Shown: positions 51,220-61,900 of the stretch, one piece after another | Layout: each line of letters starts with the position of its first letter | Position numbering within the stretch: position 1 is the first letter of the stretch | NCBI GenBank assembly: GCA_963827275.1 | Contig: CAWHAA010000001.1 | Location: forward strand, 201,410-265,409 | Direction: 5' to 3' | Source: an uncultured Spirochaetota bacterium | GTDB taxonomy: Bacteria > Spirochaetota > UBA4802 > UBA5550 | Length of the DNA: 64,000 bases | The notes under the pieces: generated by a model | Databases searched by the model: none | What the model saw: only the letters and a program-made list of their open reading frames with translations | Told to the model about the DNA's origin: nothing | Made by a program: the position numbers and the translations under genes

Positions 51220-53337
51220 ATGCGCCATAGTTTCCTTGCACGGATCATAAAAAAAGCGGCGCCGGTTCCGCTTGCGGCCGTTTTACTGCTCGCGCTCTGC
51301 GGGACGTCCCTTGCCCTCGATCCGGTTGCCATCGACGGGTCGCTGAAGATCAAGTATATCGGCCGGAACATCGAATACCTCCTGGACGAGCGCCAGGCCC
51401 TGACCATAGGAGATCTTCTCGCCCCGGGCGGACAGGCCCCCGCGTGGCAACAATCAGAATCCGCGGACCTGGGCCTCGGCTACGTGCGGGGAGCCGTATG
51501 GGTCCGCTTTACCGCGCGCAACGCTTCGGACAGGGACATCGAATGGCTCCTCCAGCAGGACCATTTTTCCATGACACGGCTCATCCTGTATGTTCTGGAA
51601 GACCGGAACGTGGTCCGCACCGTGGAGACCGGCAATATCTTCAGGTTTGACGACAGGCCCTTTGACGATGCCACATTTGTCTTCCCGATGACCATCCGGG
51701 CCGGTTCCGTGAATGAATACTACATGCGTTTTACGAACAAGTTCCCGATGAGCATCAACCTTCGGGCGGCCTCCCTTTCTTCATTCTACAAAGAGCGCGA
51801 CAGGCTGCTCCCCTTTCTCTGGATAATGTACGGTTTTTTTATTGTCATGATCGGGTATAATACCGTCCTCTATTTTTCAATCCGGGACAACAGCTACCTC
51901 TACTACACGCTGTTCATCGCCACCTTCCTGATATACATGATGCACTATAACGGCCATGCCGGCCAGTACCTGTGGGGGAACTTCCCCCTCTGGACCGGCA
52001 ACATGGGATACTTTTTCATCCCGTTGATAGCCGCAACGGTGGCGCAATTTGTCAGGCACTTCATCTCGCTCTGGGAGATAAATAAAACGCTGAACCTTTC
52101 CATCAAGCTATTCATCGTGGCGGATATCGTCATCGCCGCCCTTTCTCTCTTCCTGAACGAATACATATGGTTTGGCGTCCTGCTGATCTCCATGACGATC
52201 CTGCTGCTGACGTACGGCTTCATGGTGCTCATCTACTGCGCGGTTGTAAAGAATTCCCGGCAGGCGAGGATATACCTCCTCTCTTCAGCCCTCCTGTTCG
52301 TGGCCGCGATGGTCTTCGCCCTGCGCGCGCTCGATCTCATTCCCGACACGTTCCTCTCGTCCCACGGCATCCTGATCGGCGGGGCCTTTCAGGTCATCGT
52401 CCTCTCGTTCGGCCTCGCGGACAAGATCAACATCATGAGCAAGGACATCCTCAAGGCGGAACGGAGATACCGCCACATCATTGAAAGCTCGGCTGAAATC
52501 ATCTTCCTCCTGGACAGGGACCTCAATATCGTCAGCATCAACAACGCGGTGGAGAAGCACCTCGGGAACCCGGTGGACAGCTTCATCGGGAAAAACTTTC
52601 TTGGCCTGATCAAGGACACCTGGAGCGAGCGGACGCATATCACCCGCCAGCTGGTGGAGGAGCAGATATCCGACCTCTACGAAAAAAAAACGAGCGTCCA
52701 GTTCAGGACCACCTTCCTGCCCTCGTTCAAGAACGAGCCCGAGGATTTCGTCGTGAAGTTCGAGTATATCGAGGCCGACGATCTCGGGTACAAGATACTC
52801 GGCAAGGCGTCGCCGATAACGGACGACATGCTCCTCAGGTACCTGGTCGTCGAACATTTCGTCTATTCGATGGACAACTACCTTAATAACGCCGACCTGA
52901 TGTCGCTCAGGCTCACGCGGAACCTGGTCCGCTACCTCCCGTCGCATGAGATCCCCCTGATCAGGGTCGCGATACGGGAGATGCTGGTGAACGCGATAGA
53001 GCACGGCAACCTGGGGATATCATTCGACGAAAAGACAAAGGCCCTTGGGCAGGGGAATTACTTCAATGTCATCCATGAACGGCAGAGGGACAGCCGGTTT
53101 CGGGACAAGAAATTGATCATCGATTATACCCTCGACGAAGAAAAGGTCATGTACAGAATTTCCGACGAAGGCCAGGGGTTCAACCATGAAGCGATAATGG
53201 GCCTCGACCCGGCCATCGAAAACGAAAAGCTGCTCACGCACGGGAGGGGGCTGTTCATGGCGCGCGCGACGTTCGACACGATCGAGTTCAACGAGAAGGG
53301 CAACATGATCGTCCTGAAGAAAATGTTCCGGTCATGA
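51220..53337 (+). CDS. 7TM-DISM receptor + PAS + RsbW-like HATPase (anti-sigma Ser/Thr kinase type)
   Basis: DISMED2-like GY....WVRF and 7 TM helices; PAS; EMLVNAIEHGN, DEGQGF, HGRGL, FNEKGN; no HisKA box seen. Confidence 0.87.
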   Translation: MRHSFLARIIKKAAPVPLAAVLLLALCGTSLALDPVAIDGSLKIKYIGRNIEYLLDERQALTIGDLLAPGGQAPAWQQSESADLGLGYVRGAVWVRFTARNASDRDIEWLLQQDHFSMTRLILYVLEDRNVVRTVETGNIFRFDDRPFDDATFVFPMTIRAGSVNEYYMRFTNKFPMSINLRAASLSSFYKERDRLLPFLWIMYGFFIVMIGYNTVLYFSIRDNSYLYYTLFIATFLIYMMHYNGHAGQYLWGNFPLWTGNMGYFFIPLIAATVAQFVRHFISLWEINKTLNLSIKLFIVADIVIAALSLFLNEYIWFGVLLISMTILLLTYGFMVLIYCAVVKNSRQARIYLLSSALLFVAAMVFALRALDLIPDTFLSSHGILIGGAFQVIVLSFGLADKINIMSKDILKAERRYRHIIESSAEIIFLLDRDLNIVSINNAVEKHLGNPVDSFIGKNFLGLIKDTWSERTHITRQLVEEQISDLYEKKTSVQFRTTFLPSFKNEPEDFVVKFEYIEADDLGYKILGKASPITDDMLLRYLVVEHFVYSMDNYLNNADLMSLRLTRNLVRYLPSHEIPLIRVAIREMLVNAIEHGNLGISFDEKTKALGQGNYFNVIHERQRDSRFRDKKLIIDYTLDEEKVMYRISDEGQGFNHEAIMGLDPAIENEKLLTHGRGLFMARATFDTIEFNEKGNMIVLKKMFRS

Positions 53338-53365
53338 AATGGGCACGTGAAGGGCGGGTGCAGGA

Positions 53366-53665
53366 TTATATCATTTCAAACAGCAGGTTTTCACGGAAAT
53401 TCGCGTCAAGGCTCTCAAGAAAAGCATCGAACACCATGACGTTAATGCTCGCGATCTTCCAGTTCTGCCTGTCCTCGATCACTTTCCGGATGAAGCCTTC
53501 CGCCTCTTCCTGCGCGACAAACCCGATCACCGAGGTGGTGCTGTCATCCACCTTGCGGAACAGCATGTGGCGTTCCCTCAGCTCATCGGCATAGTCCTGT
53601 GTGACGATAAAGAACAGGTCTCTCTTGCCGTCCCGAAATTCGTTGAAATAATCCTGCTTGTTCAT
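53366..53665 (-). CDS. Hypothetical protein
   Basis: 99-aa ORF with AGGGG RBS filling the gap between two + strand genes. Confidence 0.65.
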   Translation of the reverse strand: MNKQDYFNEFRDGKRDLFFIVTQDYADELRERHMLFRKVDDSTTSVIGFVAQEEAEGFIRKVIEDRQNWKIASINVMVFDAFLESLDANFRENLLFEMI

Positions 53666-53881
53666 GGGCGCCCCTGTTCGTCAGTAATTGACCTTCGCGT
53701 CGATCGAGACGATCGGACGGACGTGCTGTATATATCCTCCGCTCCGATCCATGTCAATAAGTTATTCCCGGCGCGGGAAAAATTAAATAACGCGGTTTGG
53801 CATGGCCCGTACCGCGTTATTTATTTCTTGACTCTGATAAATCAACATTTTATCTGGTGTAGGCATCGCACGGAGATACGA

Positions 53882-54814
53882 GTGAACCTCACAATACGAA
53901 TCAGGGACCTGACGCTGAAAAACCCGGTCACGGTCGCTTCCGGCACCGCCGGATACGGCGAGGAGCTGTCGCACTACATCGACATAGCGAAGCTGGGCGC
54001 AATCTTCACGAAAGGGCTTTCCCTGAAACCGCGGCCGGGAAACCGGGGCAACCGGGTGATTGAAACCCCTGCCGGCGTCCTGAATTCGATAGGGCTTGAA
54101 AACGTGGGCCTGGAGCGCTTCCTTTCCGAGAAGCTCCCCTATCTCGTGAAAAAGGGCGCGACGGTGATCCCGAACGTGGCGGGCCACTCCGTCGAGGAAA
54201 ACGTGGAGCTGTGCGCGGCCCTCTCGGCGCAGGACGCCATCGGCGCGCTGGAGCTGAACGTATCGTGCCCCAACGTGAAGGAGGGCGGCATGGCCTTCGG
54301 CACCGACATGAAGCGCTTCACGGACCTCGTGGAGAAGGCGCGGGCCGCCACAAAATGCGCCCTCATCGTGAAGCTCTCCCCCAACGTGACCGACGTGGCC
54401 GAATTCGCCGTTCGCGCGCAGGAGACAGGCGCGGACGCGATCTCCGCCGTGAACACGTTCCTGGGGATGAAGATCGACGTGAAGAAAAAGCGGCCCCATT
54501 TCGAGAACAGGGTCGCGGGCCTGTCGGGACCGGCGATCCGGCCCCTGGCGGTCCGGGTGGTGTACCAGATCTGCGAGGCGGTCAGCATCCCGGTCATCGG
54601 CCTGGGCGGCATCTCCTGCCTCGACGACATGCTCGAATTCATGATGGCGGGGGCCTCGGCGGTTTCGGTGGGGACCATGAACATGGTCGACCCGGCGCTG
54701 TCACTGGCGCTCATAACAAAACTGGAAGAATACTGCGAAAATGAAAAGATAGATGACCTGGCCGGAATAATCGGCGCGGCGCGCCGTGAGACGGGGAGCC
54801 GGGAGAAATGCTAG
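53882..54814 (+). CDS. pyrD: Dihydroorotate dehydrogenase family 1B catalytic subunit
   Basis: KNPVTVASGT, NSIGLEN, ELNVSCPN, KLSPNVTD, GLSGPAI; GTG start with GGAG RBS. Confidence 0.95.
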   Translation: MNLTIRIRDLTLKNPVTVASGTAGYGEELSHYIDIAKLGAIFTKGLSLKPRPGNRGNRVIETPAGVLNSIGLENVGLERFLSEKLPYLVKKGATVIPNVAGHSVEENVELCAALSAQDAIGALELNVSCPNVKEGGMAFGTDMKRFTDLVEKARAATKCALIVKLSPNVTDVAEFAVRAQETGADAISAVNTFLGMKIDVKKKRPHFENRVAGLSGPAIRPLAVRVVYQICEAVSIPVIGLGGISCLDDMLEFMMAGASAVSVGTMNMVDPALSLALITKLEEYCENEKIDDLAGIIGAARRETGSREKC

Positions 54815-54842
54815 TGCCCGGTAGAAGCCGGGCGAGGAAGAT

Positions 54843-55913
54843 ATGACCGGAAAAAGCGACATGAACTACTGGAACCAGCGCCTGAAAGGGGCCGACGAGT
54901 ACGTCCCCGGGGAGCAGCCCCAGGGGATCGATGAGTACATAAAGCTCAACACCAACGAAAACCCGTTCCCGCCCTCCAGGTCGGTGCTCGAGGCGATACG
55001 GGCCGCGGCGAACGAGACCCTGAAGCGCTACCCCGACCCCACCGCGCGCAGGCTCCGCGAGGCCTTTGCCGAGGCGCGCGGCCTGAAACCCGACAACGTG
55101 TTCGTGGGCAACGGCTCTGACGAGATCTTCACCCTGATATTCAGGGGCTTCATCGAGCCCGACGCCACCGCCGCGTTCGCGTACCCTTCGTACGCCCTCT
55201 ATTACACCCTGGCGCAGATGAACGGCATCAAGTACGAATCCATTCCCCTGAACAAGGATTTCTCATACAACCTGGCGGGGTTCTTAAAGAAAAAATACGC
55301 CCTCGCGATAATCGCGAACCCGAACAACCCGACCGGATCCTATTGCGAGGTTGACGAGATCCGCTCGTTCCTGAAAAAATTCAGGGGCCTCCTCGTGGTG
55401 GACGAGGCCTACATCGACTTTTACGGCGGCACCTCCACGGAGCTGGTGGATGAATTCGACAACGTCATCGTGACCCAGTCGATGTCGAAATCCTACTCGC
55501 TGGCGGGCCTCCGCATCGGCTTCGCCGCGGCCCCGGCGGGCATCATCAGGGGCTTCATGAAGATAAAGGACTCGTACAACGTGGACACGCTTGCCACCGC
55601 GGGGGCGATCGCCGCGCTCAAGGACCGGCGCGCCTTCAACTACAGCATCGAGATGGTGGTGAGCAACAAGGAATACCTGGAGGAAAACCTGGCGGCGCTG
55701 GGCTTTGTCCTGGTGCCCTCCCGCGCGAATTTTATCTTCGCCAGGCACCCCGGCGTGCCGGCCGCGGAGCTGTATGAAAAGCTCAAGGCGAAAAAAATCC
55801 TGGTCCGCCACTATACCGGCCCGGTGTCGTCCGATTATCTGCGCATCAGCGTGGGGACCATGATGGAGATGAAGGCGCTGGTGAAGGAGCTCGCCGCTAT
55901 AACGGGAGCTTGA
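54843..55913 (+). CDS. hisC: Histidinol-phosphate aminotransferase
   Basis: KLNTNENPFPPS, GNGSDE, NPNNPTG, VDEAYIDF, SKSYSLAGLRIG. Confidence 0.95.
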   Translation: MTGKSDMNYWNQRLKGADEYVPGEQPQGIDEYIKLNTNENPFPPSRSVLEAIRAAANETLKRYPDPTARRLREAFAEARGLKPDNVFVGNGSDEIFTLIFRGFIEPDATAAFAYPSYALYYTLAQMNGIKYESIPLNKDFSYNLAGFLKKKYALAIIANPNNPTGSYCEVDEIRSFLKKFRGLLVVDEAYIDFYGGTSTELVDEFDNVIVTQSMSKSYSLAGLRIGFAAAPAGIIRGFMKIKDSYNVDTLATAGAIAALKDRRAFNYSIEMVVSNKEYLEENLAALGFVLVPSRANFIFARHPGVPAAELYEKLKAKKILVRHYTGPVSSDYLRISVGTMMEMKALVKELAAITGA

Positions 55914-56523
55914 AGACCCTGCCGATGGTGTTGGTGACGGTGCTCCGCATGAGGAGCTCGTCAAAGGTGATCATGCCGTCTTCGAAGCGGATGAAGTCGT
56001 CCTTGTAGATCCACACGCTCACGTGCTCCCGGGCCCCTTTCGATGTCCAGACCCACCCGATCACCATCCCCACGATGCCGCTCTCGCTGAATATCGTGCG
56101 GCACGAGTTTATGGTCTGTATCACGTCCCGGAGGTCCTTCCGGATGAAGCCCAGGGCGACCGTGTCGAACGGCTGGTCGAAGGTTGATTTCGTGTCGACA
56201 TCGAGGCCCAGGTAGAGCCGGTCCCGGTCCCCGGAACGTTTATCGTAATAAAACCCCAGGCTCCCCTTTTCCACGGGAAGCTTCTTCTTCTCGACGACAT
56301 CGCCCGCGATGCCGATCAGGTAGCGGTAAAATTTTTTATGGTACTCGGCGCCCGCGGTCGTGTACCGGCCGGTATCCACCAGCAGGTCGGCATACCTCTG
56401 GTCGTTCCGCTCGGAGTAGAAATTCAGGATGCTCTGCTCGCGCTCCGTGGTGGAGCCGCAGGTGGCGAAGAACAGGACCGCCAGGTGGAGTAACAATATG
56501 GAGCTCTTTCTGCTATGGATCAT
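55897..56523 (-). CDS. Hypothetical lipoprotein
   Basis: Signal peptide ending FFATC; 208 aa. Confidence 0.7.
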   Translation of the reverse strand: MIHSRKSSILLLHLAVLFFATCGSTTEREQSILNFYSERNDQRYADLLVDTGRYTTAGAEYHKKFYRYLIGIAGDVVEKKKLPVEKGSLGFYYDKRSGDRDRLYLGLDVDTKSTFDQPFDTVALGFIRKDLRDVIQTINSCRTIFSESGIVGMVIGWVWTSKGAREHVSVWIYKDDFIRFEDGMITFDELLMRSTVTNTIGRVFKLPL

Positions 56524-56635
56524 GGCCGCATCCCTTTCTGGTGTGTCTGACGAACGGAACGATACCGCCGCGCGCCAGGATGTCAAGTATATTTGGAATA
56601 ATTCTTGACTCGCTATCGGCATCTGCCGAACTATT

Positions 56636-57889
56636 ATGTACATGAAACAGCCACCAGCACGGACCCTTGCCGTCCTCATCATCGCCCTGTTCGCCGCGCA
56701 CTGCGCCGGTGAAGCGCAGTACCATCTCCGCTCCGACGGCAGGCGGGTCCGCACCGGCCTGGAAAATTTCATCGGTTCAAAAGCAAAAAAATACAGGGGA
56801 AAGAGCGCCGCCCTGGTCACGAACCACTCGGGGTACGATTTCGACCTCAGGCAGAACATCCAGCTGTTGCGGGAAAAGGGGATCAACGTCTCGATGGTGT
56901 TCGCGCCGGAGCACGGGGTGTACGGGTACAAGAACGACATCGATTACCAGGCGGGATGGTACGACAGCACCATCAAATGCCCGATCTACAACCTGTACGG
57001 CATCAACCGCGCCACGCTGAGATACCTGCTGGGAAGGTCCGACATCGTCATCTTCGACATCCAGGACATGGGGATGCGCTGCTACACCTACATCACCAAC
57101 CTGAAGGACATCATCGACGCGCTGGACGGGCTCGACCGCGAGCTCATCGTGCTCGACCGGCCCAACCCAGCCGGGTTCCTCGGCATCGACGGCGCGCACC
57201 TCGAACCGCGCTACACCACGAAATACGTGAGCGCCTTCCCCGCGCCCTTTCTCTACGACATGACGGTGGGGGAAGCGGCGCGCTACTACCGCGGCGAATT
57301 CAGGCCGAAGGTACGGCTGAATGTCGTCCGCATGAGCGGGTACTGCCGGAGCGGGTCGTTCCATAAAACCAGGCTCCCCTGGATCCCGCCGTCGCCGAAC
57401 CTGCCCACGTACGAGTCGTCGATCGTTTACACCGCCATCGTGCTCATGGAGGGGATCAACCTCTCGCTCGGCAGGGGCACCACCAAACCGTTCGAGTATA
57501 TCGGCGCGCCCTGGATCGAGCCGACGGCCTTCAGCGCCATGCTGAACGACCTCAAATTGAAGCACTTCAGGTTCAAGCCGGTCTATTTCAAGCCGCTGTT
57601 CAGCAAGTACGAAGGGATGCGCTGCGGCGGCGCGCAGATATTCTACACCGGCGGCACGTTCAGTCCCACGGAGGCGGCCTTCCGCATCATCGGCGCGATC
57701 ATGAAGCGCTATCCCTGGTTCTTCCGCTGGGTCCAGCACGGGCCCTACTTCGATATCGACGCCCTTGCCGGCACGGACAGGTTCAGGGTCTTCATCCAGG
57801 CTGGCAAGCCATGGGAGGAATTCGTGAAGGCGTCGAAACCGGGGATCAAGGCGTTCAAGAAGAAGAGACGGAAGTATCTGCTCTACTGA
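56636..57889 (+). CDS. DUF1343 family exo-beta-N-acetylmuramidase (NamZ-like)
   Basis: LVTNHSG, FAPEHG, FDIQDMG.R.YTY, VLDRPNP, WIPPSPNLP, GRGTTKPFE. Confidence 0.92.
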   Translation: MYMKQPPARTLAVLIIALFAAHCAGEAQYHLRSDGRRVRTGLENFIGSKAKKYRGKSAALVTNHSGYDFDLRQNIQLLREKGINVSMVFAPEHGVYGYKNDIDYQAGWYDSTIKCPIYNLYGINRATLRYLLGRSDIVIFDIQDMGMRCYTYITNLKDIIDALDGLDRELIVLDRPNPAGFLGIDGAHLEPRYTTKYVSAFPAPFLYDMTVGEAARYYRGEFRPKVRLNVVRMSGYCRSGSFHKTRLPWIPPSPNLPTYESSIVYTAIVLMEGINLSLGRGTTKPFEYIGAPWIEPTAFSAMLNDLKLKHFRFKPVYFKPLFSKYEGMRCGGAQIFYTGGTFSPTEAAFRIIGAIMKRYPWFFRWVQHGPYFDIDALAGTDRFRVFIQAGKPWEEFVKASKPGIKAFKKKRRKYLLY

Positions 57890-57904
57890 CGCTCCCCCGT
57901 CCCC

Positions 57905-58143
57905 CCCCCCTGTCCCCCGTTGGGGGCACGCGAGATCATGTCAACTCCCCCCTGTCCCCCGCAGGGGGCACGCGAGATCATGCTTTTTGTAATGATCTTA
58001 TCATTATCTTGCCAATCACTGCATTATTATAAAATAGTCACAGTATTATTTTTTTACGCGACAAACTTTTCTTTTTTATCATATCCTTCATGTTTCTAAA
58101 ACTACACACATTGATTCGTGCCCCCTATGGGGGACAGGGGGGA
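57905..58143. repeat. REP/MITE-like GC-rich repeat: two tandem units and one inverted unit
   Basis: CCCCCCTGTCCCCCG..GGGGGCACGCGAGATCATG at 57905-57940 and 57947-57982; inverted copy at 58117-58143. Confidence 0.8.
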
Positions 58144-58233
58144 TTTCAGAAATTTGACAAGAAAATACTTGATTATATTTTAGTATTTTATTATATTCTT
58201 TATCATAGCAAACCAAGTACATGGAGCCCTTAT

Positions 58234-58407
58234 ATGAATGTTAATTCGAATAGATGTCCCCAGAACCACCGGTGCCCGGCCGTACGATACTGCCCTGAAG
58301 GCGCTATCGAGCAGGCGGGCAACGGCCTGCCGAAAGTAAACGAAAGCAAATGCAAGCACTGCAATGCCTGCGTCACCTTCTGCCCCATGGGCGCAATAGA
58401 GGGATGA
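58234..58407 (+). CDS. Small 4Fe-4S ferredoxin-type protein
   Basis: CPQNHRCPAVRYCP and CKHCNACVTFCP. Confidence 0.85.
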   Translation: MNVNSNRCPQNHRCPAVRYCPEGAIEQAGNGLPKVNESKCKHCNACVTFCPMGAIEG

Positions 58408-58610
58408 TCATGAAACAGGACAACGCGACTGCGGGAAAATACAGGTCCATTCCATGGAAGCTCATCGCGGGGATAGTCATCGGCGGCAGTGCCGGCTATC
58501 TCTTTTATTACTTCGTCGGCTGCGCGGGCGGCACCTGCCCCATCACCTCGAACCCCTACGCGAGCGTGCTCTACGGCGCAGTGATGGGCGGACTTGTGGC
58601 AAAAATGTGA
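58404..58610 (+). CDS. Small membrane protein, DUF6132-like
   Basis: GYLFYYFVGCAGGTCPITSNP..S.LYGA; ATGA overlap with the ferredoxin stop. Confidence 0.8.
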   Translation: MIMKQDNATAGKYRSIPWKLIAGIVIGGSAGYLFYYFVGCAGGTCPITSNPYASVLYGAVMGGLVAKM

Positions 58611-58985
58611 CATAAAAATTATTTCCCAGGCTCAAAATACCATCAAAAAATTCTTGTTTTTTTTAATACATTTGTATATGTGTTTATTTAAGGTAGACAC
58701 ATTCAGCTTTAATATACAAATAAAAATATTTTTTTGTCGTTGTCCAATAGGGTTTACAAGAGCACGAGCAGTAATTTAAGGAAATAAATTAATCCATACG
58801 TGTGGATTATTTATGGGCATGCCCAAAAATTAGCATTTTCACCCTTAAATGCCCAGAAAGGAACATCTGATTTTGATTTTTAGAAGTTCCTTTATTTTTT
58901 ATTTCTTGCCGCTGCGCGCCAGCCTCTGGCCACAGTGATAGATGATAGAGCATCATTACACCTATACTATTCTTTGGGGGACCTT

Positions 58986-61900
58986 ATGAAACGCGCATCC
59001 AGATACGTGACTCTTCTCCGTGTACTCCTGTCATTATTTTTCTCAATCATCTTCCTTTCGACAAATCTGCACGCGGAAGATATCTACAGCCTGTATTCCG
59101 ACTACGGCACCCAGGAAGTCCTCATCGACAACAGCAACAGCGACCTCACCATATTGCTGGAATCACCGGGAGAGAGGAAAACGATATTGCCCCGGAGCGT
59201 GAAGACCGTTTACCTCGACAGCTGGACCCTGAACATGAACACCTACCAGTTGAAAACCAACGATGGCGGGGCCGGCATTTTCGCTGAATTCATACTCGAT
59301 GAATTCGGCAATGTCGATTACCTGGATGCCCTCGACGGTACCACGCTTGGCGGCAAGGGGACCACGGTCCTTGAAATACTCGCATACCCTGTAACGATTG
59401 ACGCTACCGGCGTGGATAACCTTATAACCCTCGGGCAATATTCCCAGTATATCGCGACAACGCCGCGGAGGGGCGCTAAAACCCTGTACCTTGTGCCAAA
59501 TACCAATTCCGGTTATGCACTCTGTTCAGTTCCCGGAGATACAATAGCGCGCTTTCATGTGGATGAATTTGGCAGCGTCTATTATAGCCAGGAATTTAAC
59601 GGCGTCCTATCCGGACTGGGATCACAACAGGTAACCGTGGTGCCCCATGACATTACAATCAATGCAGCCCAGGTCGATGTTTTTGTCAGCCTTGGAGCGA
59701 ATACGAGTCCGGATACATTTTTCGGATGGATTCCATTGCGCGGATCACGCACCTTTTCCCTTGCCGGAAACACGCAGAATCCATATTATCTTAATACGAG
59801 CAAGAATGGGTACTTTGCCACTTTTACGGTGACCCCTTCAGGCACTGTGCAATACGGCTCCGGCCTCGACGGCGGCGTGGTGACCGGCAACGGAACAAAC
59901 ACCATCCATGTCACCGGCCATGAAATTACCATTGATGCGGCTGATATAGATATCGACTACGGTATCGGGTCGATGTCCTACATTGAAAGCTATCTCGGGC
60001 CCTTCCCGCCGCGGACCGTGTCAAAAGTCCGGCTGACCGCGAACAACCAGTACGCGTTTAACCTGGCTTCCAATGTCGCGGGCACGATAGCGCCATTCAA
60101 CCTCACCACCGCTGGCCTTCTGACGTATGATGCAAGCCTTGAGGGCCCGGTCCTTACCGGCGCCGGAACAAAAGCCCTGAAGATCAACGGCCACACCGTC
60201 ACCATCAATGCTGAAAATTCCACTGTTGATATCGGCCTGGGCGGATACCCGACAATCATCGAGTCTTTTATCGGGCTTGCCCAGGCGGGCTCGAAAAGAA
60301 GCTATACCCTTCCCGCGAACAACCAGACTGATTATAAGCTCTATAATGGAAGCCAGCTTGTGGGATCATTCAAGCTCCTGACCAACGGGAGCCCGACCGC
60401 CTCGTCCTTCACCTTCTCAGGCGGCACGGTAGCCATCGCCGCGGGAGACGCACCTGTATCCGAGGAACCGGTCGTCGGCAGGACCCTGGTGGACGCGTCA
60501 TCCGTATCAACCCGCATCCGGATCGGGACAACGGGTTACAAGTATGTAGCGCCGGGAAAGGCGGAATGCTTTGCCCTGCCGCAGGGGACCCACGTCGTTT
60601 CATCGTATCCCGGCGGCACGCTGGGCACTGTGACGGTGGATGCAGACGGCAACGTCTCCTACGATGCGTCGCTGGAAGGCGGCGTGTTCACCGGGAGCGG
60701 CGCCGGCACCCTTTACGTAGTGGGGCATCCGGTGGAGCTGATCGCCGCGACCCCTGACAGCCGTACGCGCGTCAACAGCACCATCTACTGGGCCCCTGCA
60801 GGGAACGCCGCGGCCTATGCACTCCCGGCCGGAAGCTACAAGATCAACAACCTCCCCGGCGGCGACTGCGGCGGCTTCACCGTGTCCGCATCCGGAGCGG
60901 TCTCGTACACGCAATCTTCCTATAACACTCTTTTTAATATTGTAAATCAGAACAGGATCGAGCTCACCCTCCACCCGGTGGCAATTAACTGGTCGAATAC
61001 CGACGTGCGGGGACGGATCTCCCCCTGCAACAGGCTGTCCGGTGTTTCCGGGGCTGAAACATACCTGCTCCCCATGGGAAATTATCTCGTTATTAATCTG
61101 CCGGGGAGCTATTACAACCCGGCCTTTTACCGTCGGCGCTGACGGGAACATTTCATACAGCAGCGCCCTCGAAGGTGGCACGGTCACCGGCGCCGGCACC
61201 GCTACCCTTTCGATTACCGGCCACACCATCACGCTTGACATGAGCGGCACCTCCGTTTATGGACAAATCGCCTACCTGGAGAGCAGGACCGGGTATTCCG
61301 GGAAGCGGAATTTCAGGCTGCCCCGCGGCACTTTCACGGTCGGGGCCTATACCTCCTGGTTGAAGAATATTTCGGTCGATGACGGCGGTACCGTCAGCTA
61401 TGACAGCCAGTTCGAAGGCACCTATTTCACCGGCGCGGGCACCAGCACCGTCAGGGTCGTGGGACACAAAGTGCAGGTGTCCCTTACCCAATCCTTCCAC
61501 TGTCGGCGGATTATACCTGCATCCTTACGTTTCCGACGATGGCGCGGGGGCCCTCCTGTATCTCCCGTCGGGCACCTACACGCTTGGCTCGCCGCAGGCC
61601 GATAGTGCCAGCAACCTGGGACTCATCGTCAACGCAGACGGGTCACTTACCTATACCGACCTGACTCTGAACACAAGCACCGGCTATGATATCGGCGACG
61701 TGAACGCGGTCGGACTTGACGGCCAGCCGTTCGAGAAAATAACAATCACGAACCCGGTCAACCTGTCGCACTTTACCGAGGGAGCGGACATTTCACTTAA
61801 CGCGGCGGTCGAAAACTGCTCCGAGGTGCCCATCAAGGTGGAATTCTTCAATGGGAACATCCTGCTCGGCGAGGACGCCGAAGCGCCGTACGAACTGCAG

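Noticed and set aside
57905..57982. Tandem 36-bp repeats as a CRISPR array
   Set aside because: Only two units with a 6-bp gap, plus an inverted copy; no cas genes
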